Assembly: GCA_040218735.1 (NCBI GenBank)
Contig: JAVJQW010000070.1
Coordinates: 160,001-224,000, forward strand
From: Deltaproteobacteria bacterium
GTDB taxonomy: Bacteria > Myxococcota > Kuafuiibacteriia > Kuafuiibacteriales > Kuafuiibacteriaceae
Direction: 5' to 3'
Length of the DNA stretch: 64,000 nucleotides
Below, piece after piece: positions 49,000-57,896 of the stretch; the first letter of the stretch is position 1; each line of letters begins with the position of its first letter. The translations under genes were made by a program, and so were the position numbers. The notes under the pieces were generated by a model. That model had not been told where the DNA came from and did no database searches. It saw only the letters and a program-made list of their open reading frames with translations.

Positions 49000-49533
49000 T
49001 CAGGGTTTGGCCACCGACACCCGGACCGCTTCTCGCACCTGGTCGCCTCGCTCCACACGAACGAGGCCGAACCCGGGCGCGTAGGTGCTCCGGGAGATGA
49101 CGCGGTCGAGGCCCACCGGGCGCTCGGCGACGACGACGCACCCCGTGAAGGTCCCCGCCTTCACGGTGACCTTCGCGTCGGCCTGCTCCACGGTGTAGCG
49201 GGTCCGGTTGAACTGCCAGGACTTGCCGGCCGTGAGCGGCGCGACGAGGAGCGGCGGCCGGAACGCCGTCATCGTGTCGAGCCAGCCGGCGTCGCTCACG
49301 CGATCCTTCGTGCGCTCGAAGACCCAGGCCTCCGAGCGCTTCTTGTCGTCCTTCTCGACCACGGCGCGGTCGACGACGCACTCCACCGCCCGCTTCGGGT
49401 GTGGACCGCGCACGACGTCGGTCCACGTCGCTCCATTCGATAGACGATATTCAATGGTGTGACCCTTCTCGCACGGAAAGAAGTCCGCCGGGGCCGCGCC
49501 GACGAGGGCGAGGGTCAGGACCGGGACGATCAT
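49000..49533 (-). CDS. Exported hypothetical beta-rich protein
   Basis: Signal peptide, 'DFFP', 'VTVKAGTFTGC', 'YAPGFGLVR'; ATG overlaps the phosphatase stop. Confidence 0.7.
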   Translation of the reverse strand: MIVPVLTLALVGAAPADFFPCEKGHTIEYRLSNGATWTDVVRGPHPKRAVECVVDRAVVEKDDKKRSEAWVFERTKDRVSDAGWLDTMTAFRPPLLVAPLTAGKSWQFNRTRYTVEQADAKVTVKAGTFTGCVVVAERPVGLDRVISRSTYAPGFGLVRVERGDQVREAVRVSVAKP

Positions 49534-50591
49534 CGTTTCTTCAACGCAACGACGCGGCTCTTGCTTCCGCCGGGGCTCCAGGACTCGATCTGCCCGCGCT
49601 CGACGACCAGGGCGCTCCCAGCGTCCCCCGGCTCGCCGATGCCGACGTCGGTCATGATCAGCCGCCCACGCTGCCGAACGAGCGGAACCCCGGGCTCTCC
49701 GTGCTCGACGGTGTCGGTCCGCGTGTGTCCGACGACCATCTGTGTCGTGTCCGTCATCGCGAGCGCATCCGTCAGGTCCCGGCGCACCACGCGCGCGTTG
49801 GCGACGCAGTAGGCCCGGTGCCACAGCGGGCCGAGCGGGTCGCGGAACAGGCCGTTGGGGTCGAGCTCCTGGTAGAACTTCGGACGCGAGCCCCACCCCT
49901 TCTGGGACATCGTCTCCAACCCCTCGATGCCGTGCTGCGCCCAACCCGGCGACAGGCCGCCGTGCACGAACAGGAGCGTCCCCACGCGAAACGCGATCGG
50001 GAGCGAGCGGATGTACGCGCCGTACGCGCCGTCCGGCCCCATCGCCGACCGGTAGGTTTCCTTGCCGGGGGCGTGGGCTTCTTCCCACGCGCGGAGTCGA
50101 CCGCCGATCGGCTGCACGAAGGCCGGCACGTCGGGGGCACCGAGTAGCTCGTAGAGGAAGCGCGTCCGATCCGCGTAGAACCGATCGATCTCCGCGTTCG
50201 TCGCGAACTCCATGTACTCGTCCGCCGAGACGTACGCCTCGTGGCCGAGCACCGACATCACCTCGTGGTTGCCGAGGAGCCAGTAGACCTCCCCGCCGGC
50301 TTCGCGCGCCTCCTCGCGGAGCCGCATGATCAGGTCCATCGACGCACGCGCCATGGTGCCGCGGTTGGGGATGTCGCCCATCTGGACGAGCACCGTGCGC
50401 CCCCCGCACCACGCGCCGTTCTTCTTGATGAGCTTGAGACCCATCAGCATCCGCGTGAGGACGTTGTATTGCGCGTTGAGGTCCCCGATGATCACCAGCC
50501 GCTGTGGCAGATCGATCTCGAGCTCCCAGGGAGGACACGGCCTTCGCGTCTCGCCGAGGTCTTGTGCTTCTGCTGTCTTTGGCCCCGCCAT
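49530..50591 (-). CDS. Metallophosphoesterase, Shewanella-like PPP phosphatase family, with atypical motifs
   Basis: GDLNA, GDIPNRG, LGNHE, VHGG, GPLWHR, VGHT, TDVG. Confidence 0.82.
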   Translation of the reverse strand: MAGPKTAEAQDLGETRRPCPPWELEIDLPQRLVIIGDLNAQYNVLTRMLMGLKLIKKNGAWCGGRTVLVQMGDIPNRGTMARASMDLIMRLREEAREAGGEVYWLLGNHEVMSVLGHEAYVSADEYMEFATNAEIDRFYADRTRFLYELLGAPDVPAFVQPIGGRLRAWEEAHAPGKETYRSAMGPDGAYGAYIRSLPIAFRVGTLLFVHGGLSPGWAQHGIEGLETMSQKGWGSRPKFYQELDPNGLFRDPLGPLWHRAYCVANARVVRRDLTDALAMTDTTQMVVGHTRTDTVEHGEPGVPLVRQRGRLIMTDVGIGEPGDAGSALVVERGQIESWSPGGSKSRVVALKKR

Positions 50592-50653
50592 CGAATTCGC
50601 CCGGCGTCGAGCGGCGGCGACTATAGCCCACAGTGCCGTCGTCGTCGCAATCC

Positions 50654-51331
50654 GTGCGCCGCATCTGGCGCCACCTCCGGGTCCCGCTCGTCGCGCTGCA
50701 CGTCGTCGCGATCGGGCTGATGGCCACACCCGACCCCGGGCCTGGCCTTCAGCGGAGCGCCTGGAAGAACCCCACCGTCCAGGCCGAAATCCAGGCGTGG
50801 GCCGAGCGGTTGAACGGTTTCGGTGTCGAGGTCACGCCCAAGGCGCTCGAAGCCTGGGCCTGGGCGCGCGCGAAGGCGCTGCACCGCCTGCGGGATCGGC
50901 TCGTCCGACCGTTCCGTCCGTACCACGACTACGTCGGCATCCGGCAGCCGTGGAACATGTTCGTCGCGCCGCACCGCAACCCGGCGGTGCTCGGCGTCGA
51001 CATCCTCGTCGACGATGAATGGACCCCGCTCTACCGCACGCGCTCCGACGTCTACGACTACCGACGCGCCTTCTTCGACCACGACCGTATCCGCGCGATG
51101 TTGTTCCGCTACGGCTGGCCGTCCTACCGACACACCTACAACGACTTCGCGCGCTGGCTCGCCAAACAGATCGCCGTCGACGTCCCCGAGGCCACCAAGG
51201 CCCGCATCTTCTACACGCGCTACCGCACGCGCTCGCCCGACGAAGTGAAGGACGGCACCGAAGTGAAGACGGTGCGCGACCAGTACGTCATCTTCGACCT
51301 CGCCGTCTTCCGACCGGAGCCTTCGCCGTGA
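50654..51331 (+). CDS. Membrane-anchored hypothetical protein, partner of the HTTM protein
   Basis: N-terminal TM; 'GIRQPWNMFVAP' motif; stop overlaps the next ATG. Confidence 0.7.
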   Translation: MRRIWRHLRVPLVALHVVAIGLMATPDPGPGLQRSAWKNPTVQAEIQAWAERLNGFGVEVTPKALEAWAWARAKALHRLRDRLVRPFRPYHDYVGIRQPWNMFVAPHRNPAVLGVDILVDDEWTPLYRTRSDVYDYRRAFFDHDRIRAMLFRYGWPSYRHTYNDFARWLAKQIAVDVPEATKARIFYTRYRTRSPDEVKDGTEVKTVRDQYVIFDLAVFRPEPSP

Positions 51332-52278
51332 TGCGCTGGTACCGATCCCTCGTCGCGTACCTCGACGAACGCGAGCGCGGCGAGGCCCTCGCCCTCTTCC
51401 GAATCTTCGTAGGGCTCGCGTTGGTGGTCGACCTCGGCGCGACGGCCCCCGACGGCGTGCTCTCGGCGATCTGGATCGACATCCACCACGGCGGCTACCG
51501 CCCGCTGGGTTTTGGTACCTTCCTCGTGCAGGCCCTCGGCGGCCCCACGCCTACGGTGATCTGGGGCCTCTTCGGCGCGACCGTCGCGGCGGGCCTCGCG
51601 ATGATCGTCGGGCTCGGCGGGCGCTTCACCGCGCTGATCGCCGCGCAGGGGTTCTTGGCGCTCTCCGGTCTCAACGGCCACACCCGCGGCAGCTACGACG
51701 CGCTGCTGTCGAACCTCCTCTGGCTGAACGTCCTCGCGAACGGCACCGCGACGTGGTCCCTCGACGCGAAGCTCTTTACCGGCCGCTGGTCCACGGACCG
51801 CCTCGTCACGTCGTGGCCACGCCGCCTCGGGATCCTGCAACTCGTCTTGCTCTACTTCTCGACGGGCCTGCACAAGATCTCCGCCCATTGGACGCCGGCG
51901 GGCGGCTTCTCGGCGCTCTACTACATCCTGCAGCAGCCCTCGTGGCACCGCGTCGACATGGCGTGGGCCGCGTACGTCTATCCGCTCACGCAGCTCGGCA
52001 CCGCGATCACCTGGGCCTTCGAGGTCGGCGCCCCGATCCTGCTGTTCATGCTGTGGCGGGAGCGTCGGCGCGGCCGGCGGAACAACTACCGAAGGTGGTT
52101 CGCGCTCGTCGGCGTGCTGCTGCACACCGGGATCTTCGTCTTCATGGAGGTGGGACCGTTCACGGTCATCATCTGGTCCCTGTATCTGTGCCTGTTCACC
52201 CCGGACGAGGTGCGGCGGCTCTTCGACGCTACGGTTTATCTGAGTCCCGCTGAAGGACGAAGCTGTAGCTCGGCTTGA
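51331..52278 (+). CDS. HTTM-domain membrane protein (gamma-carboxylase/SdpB-like)
   Basis: 'LALFRI', 'WSLDA', 'LQLVLLYFSTGLHK..HW..G', 'LLHTGIFVFMEVGPF'. Confidence 0.78.
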   Translation: MRWYRSLVAYLDERERGEALALFRIFVGLALVVDLGATAPDGVLSAIWIDIHHGGYRPLGFGTFLVQALGGPTPTVIWGLFGATVAAGLAMIVGLGGRFTALIAAQGFLALSGLNGHTRGSYDALLSNLLWLNVLANGTATWSLDAKLFTGRWSTDRLVTSWPRRLGILQLVLLYFSTGLHKISAHWTPAGGFSALYYILQQPSWHRVDMAWAAYVYPLTQLGTAITWAFEVGAPILLFMLWRERRRGRRNNYRRWFALVGVLLHTGIFVFMEVGPFTVIIWSLYLCLFTPDEVRRLFDATVYLSPAEGRSCSSA

Positions 52279-53335
52279 GCTGCTCGGGCGCGATGTCCTG
52301 CTCGATCTTCACGTAGCCGCCCGCCTCGATCGTGATCTTGTGCGCGGCCTTCGGGTCGAGGTTCGGGATCTTCAGCGTGCGCTTGCCGGGGTAGGTCTGG
52401 CCGTCCACGACGATCTGCGCCGCCACCGGCTGCACTTCGATGCCGACCGTCAGCAGACCCGGCTTGCTCAGCGGGTCGAGGTCGATGTCGACGCGCTCGG
52501 CTTCCTCGCCCGCCTTCACCTTCGCGTTGAGTGTGTACGGCGCGTGGCCGTCCAGCGTCACGAGGATCTCGTGGTCGCCCTCGGGCAGCGTCAGCTTCAC
52601 GGGCGTGGTCTGCTCGTAGGCCTTGCCGTCGACCGTCAGCGACGCGCCGTCCGGCGTGGTGTGCAGCTGGATGACGCCGCGCTCCTTGTTCGTGAGCGTC
52701 ACGAACAAGAGGCCGCCGATGATCAGGATCAGGAGCGCGCCGACCCCGAGCTTCGCGAGGCGTCGCTTCGCGACCTCGGCGGGGGACGCCTTCGGGAGGA
52801 TGTCGCCCGTCGCCGCACCGGCCGCGCCCACGTTGGCGCTCGGCGGCGGCTTCGGCGGCTGCATCCACAGCAGCGTGTTCTCACCGAAGCCGGGCTGGCC
52901 GACCCGCGGGCCGTCCGGTCCGGGCGGCTGCGCGCCCTGCGGCGGGGTCCCCTGCGCCATCGGCGCGGTCTGGCCGCCACCGGCCATGCTCATCGGCTCC
53001 GTCGGCGCGACGCCGCCGGGCGGCTGCGAAGCGGGATCCCGCGCAGCGCCGGAGACGACCTGCTGCGGGCCTGTACCGATCTGGTCCAACGAGACGTTGC
53101 CCTCGAACGAGGGCAGCGCAGGCATCGCGCGCGTGGGCGCGTCACCGATGTCCTCGCCCGAGTCCGGGCCGATGACGATCTGGTGCGCGACGGCGCTCCC
53201 GCCTCCGCTCTTCTTCGCCTGCATGCGCTGGCGCGCTTCACGCAGCGCCTTCAATTCGTCGTTGCTCAGCGGGTCGAGCAGCGTGCGGTCGTCACTCGGC
53301 GGCTGTCGTTTGCCACCACCTTGGCCGTCGCTCAT
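52229..53335 (-). CDS. PEGA-domain membrane protein
   Basis: Disordered N-terminus, TM segment, 'TTPDGASLTVDG...TPVKLTLPEGDHEI' PEGA domains. Confidence 0.8.
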   Translation of the reverse strand: MSDGQGGGKRQPPSDDRTLLDPLSNDELKALREARQRMQAKKSGGGSAVAHQIVIGPDSGEDIGDAPTRAMPALPSFEGNVSLDQIGTGPQQVVSGAARDPASQPPGGVAPTEPMSMAGGGQTAPMAQGTPPQGAQPPGPDGPRVGQPGFGENTLLWMQPPKPPPSANVGAAGAATGDILPKASPAEVAKRRLAKLGVGALLILIIGGLLFVTLTNKERGVIQLHTTPDGASLTVDGKAYEQTTPVKLTLPEGDHEILVTLDGHAPYTLNAKVKAGEEAERVDIDLDPLSKPGLLTVGIEVQPVAAQIVVDGQTYPGKRTLKIPNLDPKAAHKITIEAGGYVKIEQDIAPEQLKPSYSFVLQRDSDKP

Positions 53336-53388
53336 CGGGAAAAACTCCGATCCGTTGGATACCATATGTCCAGGTCTATCGACAGGCT

Positions 53389-54483
53389 TTACGGATCGAA
53401 CACCGAAAGCCGGTCGACTGCCCCAAACGCTTGCACCGTCGCCCCGCCCGGCAGGTAGATGCGATCGCCGACCACGGCGGCGCCCGTCCCGTGGATCGCC
53501 GGGTCCATCGGCGCGAGGACATCCCACGCCCCGCGCGCGACGTCGAACGCCTCGACCTCCACGAACAAATTCGTCGGCGGGTTCGCCCCATTCCCCTCAC
53601 CGCCGAACACAAACAGGCGCCCGTCGTAGAAAGCCCCGGCCGTCCCGGCGCGCCCGGTCGGCATCGCGGGGCCCGTCGACCAGGTCGCCGTCGCGATGTC
53701 GTAGATGTCGAGGCGCGGCACGTGGGAGCTGATACCCCCGGCGCGCCCGCCCGCGACGTAGAGCTTGCCGTCATGGATGTCGCCCGCGCCGTGGTCCATC
53801 GCGCGCGGGATCGGCGCGAGGGGACGCCAGGTCTGCGTCTTCGGATCGTAGACGTCGAAGTCCGCGGTGGGCACCGCGTTCTTCAGACCGCCGACGACGT
53901 AGATCTCGCCGTCGTGCACGCCGACCACCGACGAGCCGCGCGCGCGCTGGGGCTCCATCGCGGTCTGCTCCGTCCAGCCGTCGGTGTCCGGGTCGTAGAC
54001 GAACACCCGACCGTCGTCCTGGAACCCCGCGACGAGAAAACCAACGACGTAGATCTTGTCGTCCACGACCGCCGCGTTCGCGTGGTGGAAGTTGGCGGGG
54101 AAGTCGGCGACGGAGCGCCACTGGTCGGTGCTCGGATCGTACGCCTCGACGCGCGCGCCGAAGCCGTTCGTCCCGTAGCCGCCGAGGACGTAGACCTCGC
54201 CGCGCAGCGCGACGACCGCGGTCTCCTGCAGCGGCGCGAGGAGCGAGGGCCCCTCGGACCACGTCCCGGTCGATGGTTCTTCGCCCCCGTCGCGCACACC
54301 GCCGTCGTGATCCGGAGGGAGGGGCCCGGCGTCGCGCGGCGGTCCGGCGTCGCGCGTCCCGCCATCACGCACGGCACCATCGAGGGACGGCCCCGCGTCG
54401 CGCGCGCCGGGATCGAAGTCGTCGTCGGCGTCGGTGCCCGAGCAGGCGACGAGGAGGCAGAGCGGGAGCAGACGGATCTTCAC
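53389..54483 (-). CDS. Kelch-repeat lipoprotein
   Basis: Lipobox LVAC; six Kelch repeats (VYVLGG, IYVVG, IYVVGG, LYVAGG, LFVFGG, IYLPGG). Confidence 0.88.
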   Translation of the reverse strand: MKIRLLPLCLLVACSGTDADDDFDPGARDAGPSLDGAVRDGGTRDAGPPRDAGPLPPDHDGGVRDGGEEPSTGTWSEGPSLLAPLQETAVVALRGEVYVLGGYGTNGFGARVEAYDPSTDQWRSVADFPANFHHANAAVVDDKIYVVGFLVAGFQDDGRVFVYDPDTDGWTEQTAMEPQRARGSSVVGVHDGEIYVVGGLKNAVPTADFDVYDPKTQTWRPLAPIPRAMDHGAGDIHDGKLYVAGGRAGGISSHVPRLDIYDIATATWSTGPAMPTGRAGTAGAFYDGRLFVFGGEGNGANPPTNLFVEVEAFDVARGAWDVLAPMDPAIHGTGAAVVGDRIYLPGGATVQAFGAVDRLSVFDP

Positions 54484-54553
54484 ACCCCCTTGGACCGTGC
54501 GGCGTCGCTTCACCCGCCAACCGTAGGCCGAGGTCGGCCACGAATGCGACCGG

Positions 54554-57500
54554 TCAACGCACGAAGACGTCCTCCACGCCGTCTCCGCTCGGCGGCAACG
54601 CGTGCAGCCGCGTCGGTGGGGTGACGCCGCCATCGACGAAATCGACCACGTACGCCTCGTTCCTCCCCGGCGTCACGACATCCCCGACGAAGACCAACCC
54701 CGCATCGTCACGCAAGAGCCGCCACCGGTCGTCCCAGATCCGCCCCGCGCGGTTCGGCCACAGACGAACCGGCAGCGAGGGGGTCGTGCTGTCGAGGTGC
54801 ATCACCACGAGGTCGAAGTGGCCCCCGCCCGTGAAGTCGCCCCAGGTCACGAGGCGCGCGCCGTCCGAGGTCCAGCGCATGTCGAGGAACGCGGCTATGG
54901 GGATCGCACCCGCGCCGGGTGTCGCCTGTGTGAGGTCGAACGGTGGTCCCCCGCTGAGGTCGGCCACCCAGGCGTGGTCGTTGCCGGTCACCCCGTCGCG
55001 CTGCGTGAACGCGATGCGCGAGCCGTCGGGCGACCACAGGTACGACTTGGCCGGGCGCGAGTCGCGGCACTCGACGTCGCTCCCCGCCGAGGGATTGCTG
55101 ACCCGCACGGGGGTGGCGGGGAGCGGCTGCGTCATGTCCGCGATGTAAAGATCGTAGAGCCCCGGCCGATCGATCTGGGCGCAGAACGCGACGTGGGTCC
55201 CCTGCGGGTTCCAGCGCGCGGTCTCGGAGCCCTGCCCCGCGGGGAGCGGCGCATGGAGCGGAACCGGGGGCGTGAACGACGAACCGGTCAGCGTCGTGAT
55301 GTGGACGGCCCTGTCGCCCGAAGGCGCTTGCACGACGAACGCCAACCGGTGGGGCAGGTTCGGGCTGAAGTCGGCGCCCTGGCGAAGCGCGTCCGGGTGG
55401 ACGACGAAACGTTGCGGCGGACTCGCGCGGACGTCGATGACGTTCAGGATCGACGGCCCCAGCGCCAACGCGTAGCGGGCGTCGTCCGACCAGTCGGGAT
55501 CCAGCGAGAACGCACCGCCGGCCCCGAGCGCGACCACGTTCGGTGGCGCCGCGAAGTCCATGAAGTCGACGTAGAAGATGTGGTCGCCGGAGGGGCTGCC
55601 GGTCTCGAGGAGCACGCCGTGCCCGTCGGGCGCCAAGTTCTGACGTCCGGTGTTGAAGCCCGGCGGATCGATGTTGACCGGGGTGCTCGACACCGTTGGG
55701 TCCTCGACGTTCGAGACGTAGAGACGAGCGCCGGGCATCGACGAAGCCGTCAGCACCGCGCGGGAGTCGGCCGTCCACTCCAGCGGCGGGCGCGTGTTGG
55801 AGGAGGAGGGAATCGAGCCGAGCAGGTGGGTCGCGCTCGACCGCGGCGTCGCGTCCAGGAAGAGGAAGGTCAGGTCGTTTCGGCCCGAGACCGCGAAGTC
55901 GGCGACGTACGCGAGCTTGGAACCGTCCGGCGACAAAGCCGACGCTCGCACGCTCCCCGACGTGCCCGTCGGGCTGACGCGCGACGGGGGAACGCCGGCC
56001 GTTCGGCAGAGGTCCACCTCGAACACCTCGTTGCGCGACGGATCGAGCAGCGCACCCACGATCACCGCGGACCTCGGCGGCTGGGTCCCCAGCGCGACGG
56101 CGACGGTGTAGCTGCGTTCGTCCGAGAGCATCGTCGCCAAGTCGACGACGCGAACGCGGAACGCGTACGTCCCCGGCGTCCCGGCGCGCCCGTACAGCTG
56201 CCCGTCGGCGAGGACCCACCCCGGCGGCAGCGCGCCGCTCACCACGCTCCAGGAACGCGGCCCGTTCGGTACCCCGCCGGTCGTCTCGATGGTCTGAATC
56301 CCCGGCTCACACGCGGGGCGGCCGTCGAGGCTGGTGGTGGTGATCTGGATCGGCTCCACCACGACCAGGTCGAACAACGCCGAGTCGGTCTCGCCGGTCG
56401 CGTCCTCGACGTGCAGCGTGAACGCGTAGCTGCCCGGGCTGCCGGCGGTGCCGACGAGCGCGGCCAGCGACGGCGTCCCCCCGGGCTCCAGCGTGATGCC
56501 GAGCGGGAGCCCTCCGTCCACGATCGTGAAGACGTAGGGCGCTGTGCCGCCGACGACTTCGATCGCGGTCGTGTAGGGGACCCCGACCGACGCCGCGGGG
56601 ACGGAGGGCGTCTGAATGGCGAGCGCGCGGCGAACCTCGATCGTCATCGTGCCTTGCGCGGTGACGCCGTTGGTGTCCTCGACTTCGATCGCGAAGGGGT
56701 ACGTCCCGGCCTGCGTCGGCGTCCCGGAGACGACGCCCCCGCCGCCGTCGAGGCTCAGGCCTGGCGGGAGGCTCCCGGTCACGACCGTCCACGTGTGCGG
56801 CCCGGGCGCGCCGCCGGTCGCGGCGAGGGTCGCGAGGTACGGCGTTTCGACGAAGCACGACCCCGACGCCCCCTGCAGGTCGATGCCGAGCGGCTCGAAG
56901 ATCATGCCGGTGTAGCGCCGACGCGCGGAGGAATTCGTCGCGCGCGCCTCCAGCGTGAAGTCGAACGTCCCCGCCGTGGTCGGCGTTCCGGTCAGCGTGA
57001 AGGGCTCCGCCGTCGTGCTCGCGGTGAGCCCGGCCGGGAGCGCGCCGTCGACCACGGACCACGCGTAGGTGCCGGCCGTCCCGCCCGAGATCTCGAACGC
57101 GATCGCCACCGGCGTCGCGACGTACAGATCGTCGATCTGGTTCGGCCGAATAAGGAGCTCGCCGCCGGTGACGAGGAGCTGGTACGTGCGCTCCGCTGTC
57201 CTTTCCGCGTCGTCGCGGACCTGGATCGTGATGGAGAAGGAGCCGCCACGCGTGGGGGTGCCCACGAGCATCGTCGCGGGCGTCCCGTCCGATTCGAGCT
57301 GGACGCCGTCGGGGAGGCGGCCCGCGGGGATCGACCAGGTGTAGCCCGCCTCGGTTCCGCCGCGCGCTTCGATCGTCTGGGTGTACGGCGTGTCGTAGGC
57401 GGCCGCCTCGAGACGCGGCGTGGTGATGACGAGGGGATCCGGGACGTCGTCCGCGGGGAGGACGAGGATGCTCAGCTCGGCGCGCGCTTCGCCGGAGTCG

Positions 57501-57799
57501 TCGCGAACCTCGACGGTGAAGGTCGTCGTCCCCGCGACGGTGGGGACCCCTTCGATCGTGACACCGCTCAGCACGAGGCCCTCGGGGAGCGCGCCGGCCA
57601 CCACCGACCAGGTGGGCGTCCCGACGCCGCCCAAAGACGCGAGCGTCGCGCGGTACGCCACGCCCACGGTGCCGTCCGGGAGTGAAGCCGTGTCGATCGC
57701 GACGGGCGTGGGCACGTCCGACGGCGTGTCGTCCCCGACGGGGTCACCGCCACCGCAGGCCACGAAGAGGAGCGGCACCAACCCGGTGACTTTGCGCAT
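54554..57799 (-). CDS. Lipoprotein with about 6 putative-Ig (He_PIG-like) repeats and a TolB-like beta-propeller
   Basis: Lipobox FVAC; repeats 'WSVVAGALPEGL..GTPT..GT..F'; 'LSPDGSKLAY' and 'WSPDGSRIAF'. Confidence 0.82.
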   Translation of the reverse strand: MRKVTGLVPLLFVACGGGDPVGDDTPSDVPTPVAIDTASLPDGTVGVAYRATLASLGGVGTPTWSVVAGALPEGLVLSGVTIEGVPTVAGTTTFTVEVRDDSGEARAELSILVLPADDVPDPLVITTPRLEAAAYDTPYTQTIEARGGTEAGYTWSIPAGRLPDGVQLESDGTPATMLVGTPTRGGSFSITIQVRDDAERTAERTYQLLVTGGELLIRPNQIDDLYVATPVAIAFEISGGTAGTYAWSVVDGALPAGLTASTTAEPFTLTGTPTTAGTFDFTLEARATNSSARRRYTGMIFEPLGIDLQGASGSCFVETPYLATLAATGGAPGPHTWTVVTGSLPPGLSLDGGGGVVSGTPTQAGTYPFAIEVEDTNGVTAQGTMTIEVRRALAIQTPSVPAASVGVPYTTAIEVVGGTAPYVFTIVDGGLPLGITLEPGGTPSLAALVGTAGSPGSYAFTLHVEDATGETDSALFDLVVVEPIQITTTSLDGRPACEPGIQTIETTGGVPNGPRSWSVVSGALPPGWVLADGQLYGRAGTPGTYAFRVRVVDLATMLSDERSYTVAVALGTQPPRSAVIVGALLDPSRNEVFEVDLCRTAGVPPSRVSPTGTSGSVRASALSPDGSKLAYVADFAVSGRNDLTFLFLDATPRSSATHLLGSIPSSSNTRPPLEWTADSRAVLTASSMPGARLYVSNVEDPTVSSTPVNIDPPGFNTGRQNLAPDGHGVLLETGSPSGDHIFYVDFMDFAAPPNVVALGAGGAFSLDPDWSDDARYALALGPSILNVIDVRASPPQRFVVHPDALRQGADFSPNLPHRLAFVVQAPSGDRAVHITTLTGSSFTPPVPLHAPLPAGQGSETARWNPQGTHVAFCAQIDRPGLYDLYIADMTQPLPATPVRVSNPSAGSDVECRDSRPAKSYLWSPDGSRIAFTQRDGVTGNDHAWVADLSGGPPFDLTQATPGAGAIPIAAFLDMRWTSDGARLVTWGDFTGGGHFDLVVMHLDSTTPSLPVRLWPNRAGRIWDDRWRLLRDDAGLVFVGDVVTPGRNEAYVVDFVDGGVTPPTRLHALPPSGDGVEDVFVR

Positions 57800-57896
57800 C
57801 AGTCGGTGAGATGGCCGGCCCCCTCCCTTTTCGTCGTTTTTTCTCCGGGCCCGAGTCCATTGCCCCTGAACATCCTTTCCTTGTATCGCTCGCAGC

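Noticed and set aside
57860-57890. LexA/SOS box upstream of recD2 (CCTGAAC half-site)
   Set aside because: Only one half resembles the myxobacterial consensus, which is insufficient.
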